Origin: Folioceros fuciformis
Lineage: Eukaryota
Direction of reading: 5' to 3'
DNA length: 64,000 bases
Assembly: GCA_049999805.1 (NCBI GenBank)
Contig: JBNGIO010006185.1
Span: 96,170-160,169 of the forward strand
In this document: piece by piece, positions 50,805 through 61,845 of the stretch
Layout: the number at the start of each line of letters is the position of its first letter
How positions within the stretch are numbered: the stretch's first letter is position 1
Program-made: the position numbers and the translations under genes
The notes under the pieces: model-generated
The model's input: only the letters and a program-made list of their open reading frames with translations
Database searches by the model: none
Told to the model about the DNA's origin: nothing

Positions 50805-53800
50805 ATGATCGACTCTGTGTTGGTGATGAACACGCATGGCAAGCCCCGGCTTACCAAATTCTACCAGCCATTGGTACCCTAATCTCACGGCCGGGTAGCT
50901 GGTGGAAGGATGTGACACAATGCATGCTGATTCTGGTGTTATTTCTTCGGTGGATGTGTAGAGCAGTCTGAGGACAGGCAGCAAGAGGTTATCCGCTCAG
51001 TCTATTCCGGTACGGGCTGCGTTCTTGGATGTTGAGGCTCTTGGACGGCGTCCGCAGCAGGAATTGGACCACAAGGCTGATGTTTTGTAGGTTGTTGTTT
51101 GCCACAGTATTATCAAGCAGGCCACCGGAGCTGTGTAGCTTTGTTGAAGCTGACGATATTATTGGCCCGGTATATACCTCAGGGCACTGTTTGAGATGAT
51201 CTGGCAAGAAGGATTGCGTCCTGAGCTGACGTCTGGCTTCGCTTTGCACAGGATAAGAAGCTTGTGTATAAGCACTTCGCAACGCTTTACTTCATCTTCC
51301 TGGTAGACAGGGCTGAGAGCGAGCTAGGGATTCTGGACCTCATTCAAGGTGGATCTCTTGTTATTGGTACCCTGTACGTGTCTGCCGTGCTTGGTTTTGC
51401 TCTCAGCTCGTATGGCCATCATCACCTTTTCTTGTAGTGGTTCTGCTATCAGCTCATATTGGCATCTTATTGTATTGTAGTGTTTGTGGAGACGTTGAAC
51501 CGTTGCTTTAAGCATGTCTGCGAGCTTGATATTGTTCACAACTTTAACAAGGTGCTCTATTCTGTCCACATTTCTTGAATACCCTTCCCAATAACAGAAC
51601 AGAATTGGTGCTGACAGCCCTTGGGCATAGCTCCTGCTTAAAGTTATTATGTCTTGAGAGCGTTCCACGTTATAATATAAGAAGCTACAGGAATAAGTGC
51701 TAACGAGGCTACAGTGGAAAAGCCGCAGTGTCAGTGGAAGAGGGTCCCAGGGTTTAAACTAGCCGGATCAAATTGCGCAGAAACTTTGTAGGCACTTTAG
51801 AGATGGATGAAATGGTTACTCAGGAAGCAGAGGGAGCAAGGAACGTTCAAATGGAATTAACTGCTCAGGATTCTTTCACAGGGCCTGTGATACGTGAGGT
51901 TGTGATCTCTGAGACACAAATGGATGGTAGTGATGGAAAAGAGCAGCCTGCAGTTTCTTTCGAAGTGACCACAGATGTACAGCTTGCCGACGAAATAGTT
52001 TTCCAGGAAGCAGAGGGAGCAAGGATCGTTCCGCTGGAATCAACTGCCCTGGATTCTTTCACAGGGCCAGTGATACGTGAGGTTGTGATCCCTGAGACAC
52101 AGATGGATGGTAGTGAGGGTAAAGAGCAGCCTGCATTTTCTTTTGCAGTGACCACAGATGTACGGTATGCCGACAAAATGGTTATCCAGGAAGCAGAGGG
52201 AGCAAGGAACGTTTTGCTGGATTCAACTGCTCAGGATTCTTTCACAGGGCCAGTGATACGTGAGGTTGCGATCCCTGAGACACAAATGGATGGTAGTGAG
52301 GGAGAAGAGCAGCCTGCATTTTCTTTCGCAGTGGTCACAGACGTACAGTATGCGGATGTTCCAGATGGTCATTCGTTTAGGGGTGTCCCACGCTATTATC
52401 GCCACAGCCTTGAAGCCCTCCGTGAAGCTGTCAGCAGTTGGAATTCTAAAGGGAGTCTGAACTTTGGAATCCATCTGGGAGACATTGTAGACGGGCGTTG
52501 TCCTAGAGATGAATCTGAAAGGGCTGTTGGGAAAGTACTGGCAGTATTTAATTCCTTTCAGGGTGGCCCTTTCTTCCATATTATTGGCAATCACTGCCTC
52601 TATAATCTTCCTCGGATAGTGCTGAATGAGATGCTTGCTATCCCACCTTCGCCAGATGGTCGGTCATATTATGAATTTAGCCCATCAGAATTTTTCAGGT
52701 TTATCATTCTGGATGGATATGACGTAAGTGCGCTAGGATGGCCCCAAGATCATCCACATTCGGCATTGGCCAAGCAGGTTTTGGATGAGAAGAATCCGAA
52801 CACGAACAAAAATAGCCCAGAGGGACTTCGAGGATGTGCAAGGAGGTTTGTTAAGTTTAACGGTGGGGTGGGAAAGGAACAGATTGCTTGGCTGGAAACC
52901 GCGCTGATGGACGCAAGCAACCTGAGGCAGAAAGTGATTATATGTTGCCATTTGCCGCTTCATCCAGGTGCCAGCAATCCTTCATCCCTGTTGTGGAATT
53001 ATTACGAGGTCTTGCTGCTGCTACAATCGTTCAAGTGCGTTGTGGCTTGCTTCAGTGGTCACGCCCACAGATGGGGCCATGTGGTTGACTCTTGTGGCAT
53101 TCACCATCACGTCTTTGAAGCAGTTTTGGAGTGTGCACCAGGGACAAATGCCTTTGGTCATATCAATGTCTATCCTGATAGGTTAGTCCTGGTCGGGAGC
53201 AGCGGCATGGCATCCATGGAAATGCCTTTTAGGTCGTAAGAGCTGTACTTCTTGGTCAGCGTACCGGAAGCGGCAAAGCCAAATGAGGAGAAGGGATATT
53301 AATGATTATCCTAATAGGTTTAGTTCTGGTAGGGAGCTGCGGCAATGTATCCATAGAAATGCCTTTCCGATGGCAAAAGCTGTGCTACAACACAGCTAGA
53401 GTAGAATGAAAATCAATGTGGCGTCTGCTTACAGTTTTCCACAGGGCATTAGCACCTCCCGTCCTCCTTCCTGAAAAACTGCTCTCCGTTATTGACCACT
53501 TTCTAGCCTTATTTATCTGATTCAGATTTTCCGCTTAAAGCTTCAGGGGTTTCAAAGCCGACATGGTTGTGCAGGTACATACTATACTAGATGAGATCAT
53601 AATGGGGGGCCAGGTTGTTGAAACGAATCCAGCGGAAGTCATGAAGACAGTGGAGGACATTCTCAAGTAAATCAACCACACCTGTTTCTGCTTCATATTC
53701 AGATTCAACTCTGAATCTTCTGTTTGTGGTGTGTTTAGCGACGCATAATGGACGTCACTTTGTATTTGTAGGTTGGAACGGGCATCAGATCCTGCGCCAG

Positions 53801-53829
53801 TTGTTGTGAAGGCTCAAGGGAAGCGATAG
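50805..53829 (+). CDS. AP3S: AP-3 complex sigma subunit, 7 exons, with a ~2-kb intron hosting another gene
   Basis: Exons 50805-50873, 50967-51009, 51108-51169, 51252-51348, 51481-51551, 53575-53666 and 53772-53829 give MIDSVLVMNTHGKPRLTKFY...LVYKHFATLYF..ESELGILDLIQVFVETLNRCFKHVCELDIVHNFNK/VHTILDEIIMGGQVVETN. Confidence 0.92.
51803..53239 (+). CDS. ADPRM: Mn-dependent ADP-ribose/CDP-alcohol diphosphatase (metallophosphoesterase), intronless, nested
   Basis: FSFAVVTDVQYAD, GVPRYYRHSL, IHLGDIVDG, IGNHCLYN, FNGGVGKEQ, CCHLPLHP, FSGHAH. Confidence 0.9.
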   Translation: MDEMVTQEAEGARNVQMELTAQDSFTGPVIREVVISETQMDGSDGKEQPAVSFEVTTDVQLADEIVFQEAEGARIVPLESTALDSFTGPVIREVVIPETQMDGSEGKEQPAFSFAVTTDVRYADKMVIQEAEGARNVLLDSTAQDSFTGPVIREVAIPETQMDGSEGEEQPAFSFAVVTDVQYADVPDGHSFRGVPRYYRHSLEALREAVSSWNSKGSLNFGIHLGDIVDGRCPRDESERAVGKVLAVFNSFQGGPFFHIIGNHCLYNLPRIVLNEMLAIPPSPDGRSYYEFSPSEFFRFIILDGYDVSALGWPQDHPHSALAKQVLDEKNPNTNKNSPEGLRGCARRFVKFNGGVGKEQIAWLETALMDASNLRQKVIICCHLPLHPGASNPSSLLWNYYEVLLLLQSFKCVVACFSGHAHRWGHVVDSCGIHHHVFEAVLECAPGTNAFGHINVYPDRLVLVGSSGMASMEMPFRS

Positions 53830-53985
53830 TCCCAAGATTGCATTAGCATTTACTGTTGTCACTTTATGTGACAACAAATCCAGCTGCTCTGTGGACTTCG
53901 TTGTACATCCAGCATCCATTCTTGACGCAACAGTTTTTTTTCTTTCTACGAGAGTAGAGCTTTACATCGGACCGGTCTTGATCCC

Positions 53986-54891
53986 TCAAGTACGATGGGT
54001 CATGGATGACACCAGGGAGACCCTTTTTGTCACAGTTGGTCGGTCTCTAAGTCTCCCTGCAATGTCACTTTTCACGTCCTCAACAATTTTCCTCGGTGTC
54101 TGATTTGCATCAACAACAAATATGCCTTCTTCCTTTTCTTCCATCTCAAGTGCCTCGATCTGAGATTGCAGCAGTGAGGGCGGCATGTAATGGTTGCCTT
54201 CCTTGTGTCTAGCGACTACTCGTGTCATGAACAGATCATACGATCCCTGCAAATAGACAAAGAGTACACTGCCAGAGAAGGCTCCCCCACCTCTCCCACC
54301 CGAGTTTACGAGAGCTGGATCCGCAGTCCGCAGGCTGTCTCTATACCGCTTCTTTAGAGCAGAACAAGCTAACACTACCATCTCACCCCGCACAATCTTG
54401 CTGTGCAGAAGGTGCTTCAGTTCTTCTAACCATGGCCGGCGATCATCGTCCGTGAGAGGAATTCCAGCTGCCATTTTCTCTGCAAACGGCATGCAGGTCT
54501 CAAAAACTGAGCGTACAAAGCCGACTCCTCTCCTTCCACCCCCAGAACTATATACCTTTGTTTTGCTGCGAGTGAAAATCATCAGCATCAAAGAAAGAAC
54601 ACTCCAACTCCCTTGCCAGCTGCTCACCGATGGTCCTACAACAGCAACAAGTCTAAATTGATATGAGACTGCAGAAACGAAGAAGAGAGTCGTGAGAATC
54701 TCGAGTGCAGATAAATGGAGCTCACGTCTTCCCGGCTCCAGAGACGCCCATCATAATCACAGCTAGTTCTGAGAGAAAAAAACACTTGTGGTGACCTCGG
54801 TGGTTGCCCTCAAACGAAAGACGGCAAGGGAAGCTGGTGATCATGTCGTACCTGGCCGGTGAAAGCCATCAGTTCGAAATTCATGATCCAT
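53986..54891 (-). CDS. GNTK: Gluconokinase (GntK/IdnK family), multi-exon
   Basis: AVIMMGVSGAGKT P-loop, FFDADDFH, KMAAGIPLTDDDRRPWL, VLACSALKKRYRD, HYMPPSLLQSQ. Confidence 0.9.
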
Positions 54892-55316
54892 TGCCTCTTC
54901 GAACAGCAGAGCAGGGGTACTCTTACCCTAGGCGAGAGGCTGGAGGCAATGACGCAGCAGGACAGAACTTGTCACCAAACAGGACATGACGAGATTCTGG
55001 AACGTGTTGCACCCTGCTGCACAAGTGCAGGAATGAATGTACTTCGATTCCATCTGACCTGATGCCATACCATGCACACAAGTATTGCCACGCTTTTCTC
55101 TTCCAGGAAAGAGCAGCAGGCGTGGTGTGTATGTTGTTCCAAAAGTCCCGAAAAGAAGGAAGATGGAGAAGTAAGGGGACTTTCACTTTACGGAAACGTC
55201 ATCTTTCATCTCGGGTTCGAGTGTGTGCAAAAATGCATGCTGAGGACGTCGATGTGTAGGAATGCAAGATTCTGGATCGCACTCGCTGATGCTGCTCTCT
55301 CAGGATTCCCAAATTG

Positions 55317-56130
55317 CTAGACCTCCCAGTGCTGACCAGGAATCGAAAGAACCAGGTAGCGTTCCCGACCAGCCTGCAAACCTTCCGCCTTCTCCTGTGC
55401 TGCAATCTGGAAACCAAATACATCGGCAAAACACTGAATGAGCTGTTCCGTCACATAATCCTGGGCCGGCTGTTCTGCAACTTCTCTTTCCAGCGACGTC
55501 ACCTCCATATCAATCCCGCAAGGCACAATGTGGGAGAAGAAGTTCAAATCCGGCCGGATGTTAAAGGCCAGGCCATGGGAAGAGAACCCCCCACCAGAAA
55601 TTCTCACTCCGATGGCGCCGATCTTCCTGTCTCCCACCCACACCCCAGTCCGCTTCTCCATCCTCCCCTGTGCCAGCACGCCGTGCAGCCCGGCTGCCCG
55701 GATCATCACGTCCTCCAGGCCTTCCACGTATCTGAGATTACACCACAATCTCCCATTAGACCTCGGATTCCTTGCTCCCTTCCAACTCTGCCTGTATTGC
55801 ATCCTACCTCCGGGCTCCTAGACGCAAGTCTCTGAGAGAGAGAATTGGATACAGCACGGCCTGCCCGGGGCCGTGGAACGTGATGTCTCCCCCGCGATCG
55901 GTGAAATGCAGCTCCGCTCCCAGAGCAGCCAGCTCCTTGGGATCCTTCTTCAGGCTGCCCAAAGCTCCCCGCTTTCCAACCGTGTAAGTGGGGGGGTGCT
56001 GCAGTGAGAGCAGCGTGTCGGAGATGACCCCCTCTCGCCTCTGCGCCACCAGCTCGTTCTGCAGTGCCACGGCGTCCATGTATTTGACCAGGCCCAGCCG
56101 CCTCACCACCAGCTTCCTCGCAGCTGCCAT
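55317..56130 (-). CDS. LIP2: Octanoyltransferase (lipoyltransferase LipB/LIP2), two exons
   Basis: LQHPPTYTVGKR, TDRGGDITFHGPGQAVLYP, RKIGAIGVRIS, HGLAFN, FSHIVPCG. Intron ~55807-55731. Confidence 0.92.
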
Positions 56131-56822
56131 TTGAGGATGCCAAAGGTGGAAAGGCTCTTGAACTGCGAGCGACCACCATTAATGCTCGATTTGGGCTCAC
56201 CGCCTGGCGCGGTGATGCTGGTTGCGGCTGGAGTTGGGATAGGAAAGCTGGACGACGAGAATTGTGTAGATGGTGGCACCTTGTGGGTCTGTGAAGCCAT
56301 GGTGGAGTGACGATGAAATGTCGGGGTGTTGAGGGCCGCTTGGTTGCGTCCAGCCTTAGGAAGGCGAGCAAGCAGGAATGGTGTAGACAGCTGTCTTCTC
56401 TGCAGGGTGGGTCTTTCTTGTCCGTTGCAATTCAGCTGCCTTGCTGGAGAAGGAGGTCTCTGATGTTGCGTTCACCTGGCTTTGCAGTTGAGAAATCTGG
56501 TCGGGAGGTGGTGCCGGGCAGGTTTCTTGGTGGTGCTTCGAAAGGGTGGAAGAGCAGCTTGAGTCAGGTGGTTTGATTGGGTAGCGTTCGTTTCACCGCC
56601 TGTAGGGAGCAGAATGACAATACGTGCTGTGCAGGACGCGGAAAGGGACTTCGTTGGGGAGTACCAGAGAGTACATCCGGGTCTTAGTCTGGACGGGTTC
56701 TTGACAGCAGCTGACCACCATGGGGTTGAGCTGAGAGCTCAACTTCAGGACTTTGGGAGGTCCAAGTTTCTTCCGCCAGCGTTATTCTGCCAAATTTTTC
56801 TTCTTCTTGAGGTCTTGTAGGG

Positions 56823-59800
56823 ATGTGGAAATTCTTCATGAAGGAATGGAATGCTTTCTGTCTTGTTTTCACAATCCCCTCTTGCAGGACAGCGAGGTGT
56901 GAACGGGCTCTGCAGTCATGGACTGGAAGGAAGCAGTCCAGGGAGGGACAGCTGAATGCTGCCGTTGAAGTGCTGAACGATCTGGTGAGGGAAGGATTTT
57001 ATGCTCCAGCATTGCTCTGGTATCATGTCCTCAGCATGTGCGTTGTCGAGAAGGATGTACATGTTGCCGAGCATGTCCATGCTCTTATTCTGGAAGGTGG
57101 GCAGGAGTCAAACACATTCGTGGCCAACCATGTTATCCGCATGTATGCTTCTCATGGAAGGTTGCAGCAGGCACTGCAGGTGTTTTCTAGTCTGGCTACT
57201 CCAGACTCCTCAATGTGGGCTTCTATTATTCTGGCACATACTGGGCAGGGGCGGCCTGCAGAGGCCATCAGAATGTATCAGCAGATGCGACAGTCAGTGG
57301 TGAAGCCCAATAACTATGCTTTCATGGCAGCCCTGAAAGCATGCTCTTGCGCACTGGATTTTGCTGCAGGGAAGCAGGTCCATGCTGATGTTCTAGAAAG
57401 CATAGTCGAGCCCAATCTTTTTGTTGGCAACTGCCTCGTGGACATGTATGCGAAATGTGGGGGCTTAGAGTATGCCCGCCGAGTGTTTGACACGTTGCCC
57501 ATTAGGAATGTGGTTACGTGGAACGCTATGATTGCCGGATATGTTCAACAGGGATTTGCTCAAGAGGCCCTTGCTCTATATGCCACTATGCCAAAGGATG
57601 GCAGCATCTCAGCCGATCGTGTAACGTATGTGTGCCTACTGAAAGCATGCGCTAGTGTTAGAGCCTTAAGTGAGGGGAAGACGCTTCATTACCAGATTCA
57701 AGGCACAGAATGGGAATCTGACGTGGTTGTTGGCAGCAGCTTGGTGGACATGTATGCCAAATGCGGGACATTAGAGCATGCTCGCGGAGTTTTTGACAGG
57801 ATGCCTGCTAGAGATGTCGTAACTTGGACAGCCTTGATCGCTGGATATTCTCAACAAGGGCGTGCTCAAGAAGCCCTGAGCCTGTATTCATGTATGAGAA
57901 ACGAGGGTGTCAGTACAGCTAATCATATCACATTTGCGTGTGTCTTGAAAGCATGCGCCAGTTTGGGAGCTCTCCGTGAAGGAAAGGAGCTTCACATTGA
58001 GATCCAGGATAAGGGCATGGAATTTGATGAGGTTGTTAGCAGTAGCCTTGTTGATATGTACACACAATGTGGCAGCCTCCAAGATGCTCGGGGATTGTTT
58101 GATAGGTTACCTGTGAAAGGTGTGGTGGCCTGGAATGCCCTAGCTAGAGGATATGCTCAGCAAGGGCTCCCTCAAGAAGCCCTTACTTTGTATGCAAGGA
58201 TGCGCCGGGAGGATGTGCTTGCCAGTCACGGTACCTCTGTGTGCCTCTTAAAGGCATGTGCCAGCATTTGTGCCTTACACGAAGGACGACAGCTACATTT
58301 GCAGCTTGAGAGAAGAGGACTTGCAGCGGATCTCGTTATTGGGAGCAGCCTAATAGATATGTACGCAAAGTGTGGGAGCTTAGAGGATGCTCGCAGAGTG
58401 TTTGATAGCTTGCCTGTTAAAAATGTGGTGACATGGACTGCCATAATTTCAGGGTATGCACAGCAAGGGGTTGCTCAGGAAGCTCTTGCCCTCTACACAA
58501 GAATGCAACAGGAAGGTATCACATCAGTTGACCGTGTCTTGTTCATGTGCCTCCTGAAAGCGTGTGCTGGCATCGGCGCTTTGCAGGGGGGAAAGGAACT
58601 GCACACCCAGATTCAAGAACATGGGCTAGAGACCGATTTGGATGTCGCAAATAGCCTGATCGACATGTATGCAAAGTGTGGGAGCTTGGAGGATGCCTGC
58701 AGGGTGTTTGAAGGATTATCAACAAAAGATGTTGTGACTTGGACTGCCCTCATTTCAGGACTTTCCCACCACGGGCTTGGTGAAGAGGCTCTTGGTGTTT
58801 ATGCAAGTATGCGGGCTGAGGGCATGACGCCAGCAAACAATGTAACTCTTGTATGCCTTTTAAAAGCATGCGGCAGCGTTGGAGCTCTAGATCAGGGTAA
58901 ATGGATTCACTCCCTGATTCAGGACAGAGGCTTAGACGCTGAAATGGTTCTTGGCAACTGTTTGGTGGATATGTATGCAAAATGTGAGAGCCTGGAAGAT
59001 GCGCGTGGAGTGTTTGACAGATTACCTGTAAGAGATGTCACGATATGGACGGCCATGATAGCAGGATATGCTCGGCACGGGCCTGCTGAGGAGGCCCTTG
59101 TCCTTTATGCTAGTATGCAAGAGGAAGGTCTTGTTCCAGCGGACCATGTGACATTTGTATGCCTTCTTAAAGCATGTGCTGCTGTTGGGGCTCTACATCA
59201 AGGGAAGCAGCTTCATATTCAGATCCAGGAAAGAGGATTTGAGAGTGAAGTGGTTGTGGGCAACAGCCTGGTGGATATGTATGCGAAATGTGGAAGCTTA
59301 GAGGATGCCTTCATCACGTTCGATAGATTACCAACAAGAAATGTGGTGACATGGAATACTTTGCTGGCTGGTTACAGCCAACATAATGATGGGAGAAAGG
59401 CAATCCAGTGTTTCCAAGAGATGCTGCAGCATGGGGTCGTGCCTGATGGCTCTACCTTCCTTTGTCTTTTCGTGGCATGCAGTCGCACGGGTCTAGTTGA
59501 CGAGGGGCTTCAGTTCTTCAACAAAATGGTGCATGAGTATGGCATAAACCCTACAGTTTCTCACCATAATGCATTGGTTGACCTTCTTGGGCGGTCAGGC
59601 CGTTTACATGATGCAGAAAGTATCTTGCAAACCATGCCAAGCACCAACAACATCGTCGGCTGGGTATCTTTGCTTAGCTCCTGCAAAGTCCACAGTGATC
59701 TGGATCGAGGAGCCCGCTGTTTTGACCATATAGTTGGAGTTGAGCCCCAACATTCTGCGGCATATGTGTTGCTGGGAAACATCTATGCAAATGCTGGTAG

Positions 59801-60242
59801 GTGGCGGGATGTAGAGAGGATAGAAGCTCTGAGAAAGGCCGCAGGTGCTTGCAAGAAGCCTGCAAGGGCCTGGATTGAGGTGAACAACAAGGTTCAGGCA
59901 TTTACTGTGGGGCAAGACAGTGATGACGTCTTGTCCAAGCTAAGGAGTGTGAATCATCACTTAAATGGTGGAGGACCAAAACTGGTTTCTGAGGCAGACA
60001 GGGAAGATGCTTTGTGTGGACATGCTGAGAAACTGGCATTGGCTTATGGTCTACTGAACACTGCAGATGGCACAACTTTACTTGTCACCAAGAACCTCCG
60101 CATGTGTAATGACTGCCACATTGGCACCAAGGTCATGTCAAGAGTCGAAAAGAGAGAGATCGTAGTCAGGGACGCACATTGTGTTCACCGTTTTGTGAAT
60201 GGATTTTGTTCTTGTGGCGATGGTCAATCATCAGTTTGCTGA
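56823..60242 (+). CDS. PLS-class PPR protein with DYW:KP domain (putative U-to-C organellar RNA editing factor); N-terminus probably from upstream exons (~56313 on)
   Basis: About 8 PLS triplets, E1/E2, then KKPARAWIEV (KP box), HAEKLALAYGL, KNLRMCNDCH, VRDAHCVHRF..G.CSCGD. Confidence 0.9.
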   Translation: MWKFFMKEWNAFCLVFTIPSCRTARCERALQSWTGRKQSREGQLNAAVEVLNDLVREGFYAPALLWYHVLSMCVVEKDVHVAEHVHALILEGGQESNTFVANHVIRMYASHGRLQQALQVFSSLATPDSSMWASIILAHTGQGRPAEAIRMYQQMRQSVVKPNNYAFMAALKACSCALDFAAGKQVHADVLESIVEPNLFVGNCLVDMYAKCGGLEYARRVFDTLPIRNVVTWNAMIAGYVQQGFAQEALALYATMPKDGSISADRVTYVCLLKACASVRALSEGKTLHYQIQGTEWESDVVVGSSLVDMYAKCGTLEHARGVFDRMPARDVVTWTALIAGYSQQGRAQEALSLYSCMRNEGVSTANHITFACVLKACASLGALREGKELHIEIQDKGMEFDEVVSSSLVDMYTQCGSLQDARGLFDRLPVKGVVAWNALARGYAQQGLPQEALTLYARMRREDVLASHGTSVCLLKACASICALHEGRQLHLQLERRGLAADLVIGSSLIDMYAKCGSLEDARRVFDSLPVKNVVTWTAIISGYAQQGVAQEALALYTRMQQEGITSVDRVLFMCLLKACAGIGALQGGKELHTQIQEHGLETDLDVANSLIDMYAKCGSLEDACRVFEGLSTKDVVTWTALISGLSHHGLGEEALGVYASMRAEGMTPANNVTLVCLLKACGSVGALDQGKWIHSLIQDRGLDAEMVLGNCLVDMYAKCESLEDARGVFDRLPVRDVTIWTAMIAGYARHGPAEEALVLYASMQEEGLVPADHVTFVCLLKACAAVGALHQGKQLHIQIQERGFESEVVVGNSLVDMYAKCGSLEDAFITFDRLPTRNVVTWNTLLAGYSQHNDGRKAIQCFQEMLQHGVVPDGSTFLCLFVACSRTGLVDEGLQFFNKMVHEYGINPTVSHHNALVDLLGRSGRLHDAESILQTMPSTNNIVGWVSLLSSCKVHSDLDRGARCFDHIVGVEPQHSAAYVLLGNIYANAGRWRDVERIEALRKAAGACKKPARAWIEVNNKVQAFTVGQDSDDVLSKLRSVNHHLNGGGPKLVSEADREDALCGHAEKLALAYGLLNTADGTTLLVTKNLRMCNDCHIGTKVMSRVEKREIVVRDAHCVHRFVNGFCSCGDGQSSVC

Positions 60243-60689
60243 CACCCATTGCACCATTCTGGCAAAGGCTACACGACAGATGGCTTGATCATCACGCTTG
60301 AGTGATGTGTACCAGAGAGGAGGAGTCTTTCATCTGGGCAGTCGTTTGGGGAGTCATCTTGTAAAGGAACTCCTTACTTCCTGCCTACGGGCTTTGCTCT
60401 GGTCCTGGCCTCACAGCCTGGGCGCCGGGGCCCTGGTGGCATCTTCCAGCTTCCCGCACCTTTGATTCTTCCTGCAACCAAAAGCCTTCAGCGGAGGAGC
60501 AGCAGTAGGTACCTTGTTGGAGTGTCGTGCTTAAGTATCTGCGAAGTGGTGCAGCTTGAGTGACAGCAGGAGAATGTGGTGACCACCGTCGTTTTGATAG
60601 CTGTCGTCTCTCCCACACAACTGGGTTTGTTGCAGATGCGTTGAACAAGCAGAACTCTCGAGCTTTCCACAAGTAGGAGTCCTTGGAGT

Positions 60690-60830
60690 GAGTAAGCACT
60701 TCGTTCACCTCACGCAGACTACGGATGCTAGCACACGCTTTCAGGAGGCAAATGAATAAGACACGATCAGATGGTACGATGCCTTTCCGTTGCATACTTT
60801 TGAGAGAGGACAAGGGCTGCCTAAGCAACC
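60690..60830 (-). pseudogene. Isolated PPR L-motif fragment, inverted relative to the DYW:KP gene
   Basis: SMQRKGIVPSDRVLFICLLKACASIRSLRE closely resembles MQQEGITSVDRVLFMCLLKACA in the adjacent gene. Confidence 0.65.
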
Positions 60831-61845
60831 CCCCTGTTGTACGTACTCTGAAATCATAGCAGTGGTGTCCTGGAAAGAAAAACCTCATCCCAGAAGCCTG
60901 ATCAAGATGCGCGTCGTCGCCATGGGCATCATACCAGGTCATGGTGACTCCCATGCTTCCATCTTTCACTCCACGTTTTCTAGCTCTGTGATGAGCGATT
61001 CATGAAGTCAGGCGCTAACTTGGTACTCGTGCAGAAATGATGACGAGGATCAATCAGACATGCCGGCATCAGTGGAGGAGTAAGTAACATCAGCTTACAA
61101 ATAGAGGACACCACATAAACATTCTTGCAGTCTGCACACGGCAAAACGGCTCAGCCTTCAAGGATTCTGCAGTCCGAGGCGAGGCTGGAAGCTGTGCAGG
61201 GAGGAAAGAGGAATCCGACGCTTCCCAAGATGTTCTGCGCTAAAGACATTCGACACAGTTCATCCTTTTCTCACTTTAATAAGATTAACATGACTTTTAG
61301 TTGGTCAAAGAATAAATCTACAACCATAAAAGCCGAAGTATGGTCCGAACTGCTAGAAACATTAGCAAGGTTGCTTACACAACAACCAACATCGAAATCC
61401 CACAGCACCCAACAAGGAAACTTTCCATGACCCAAGTGAGAAAACTTTGAGGAAACTTAAAAGTGAAGGGAGTTGCAGGACAATGGTGGGAGTTGAAGGA
61501 TTGAGGAAACTTTGAAGGGAGTTGCAAGGCAGTGGGAGTCACAACACGAGAAAGACGAAGGATTGAGAAAACTTAAAATTGAAGGAGTTGGATAGTGGTG
61601 GGAGTAATAGAACCAGAAAGTTGAAGGATTGAGAAAACTAAAAAGTGAAAGTTGGAGATGTGAGAAAACTAAAAGGTGAAGGTGGTGTCCAAGGATAATG
61701 AATCTAAGAACAAGGAAACTTCGAAGCTCCTTATCATTGTAGTTTCACAAAAGAACACAAACTATCTAAGCTTTCTACATCTATGAGCTTTGGTTTGTAA
61801 CATATTAGAAGCTAGGTTCCTATAAATCCTCATTCTATTACAACC

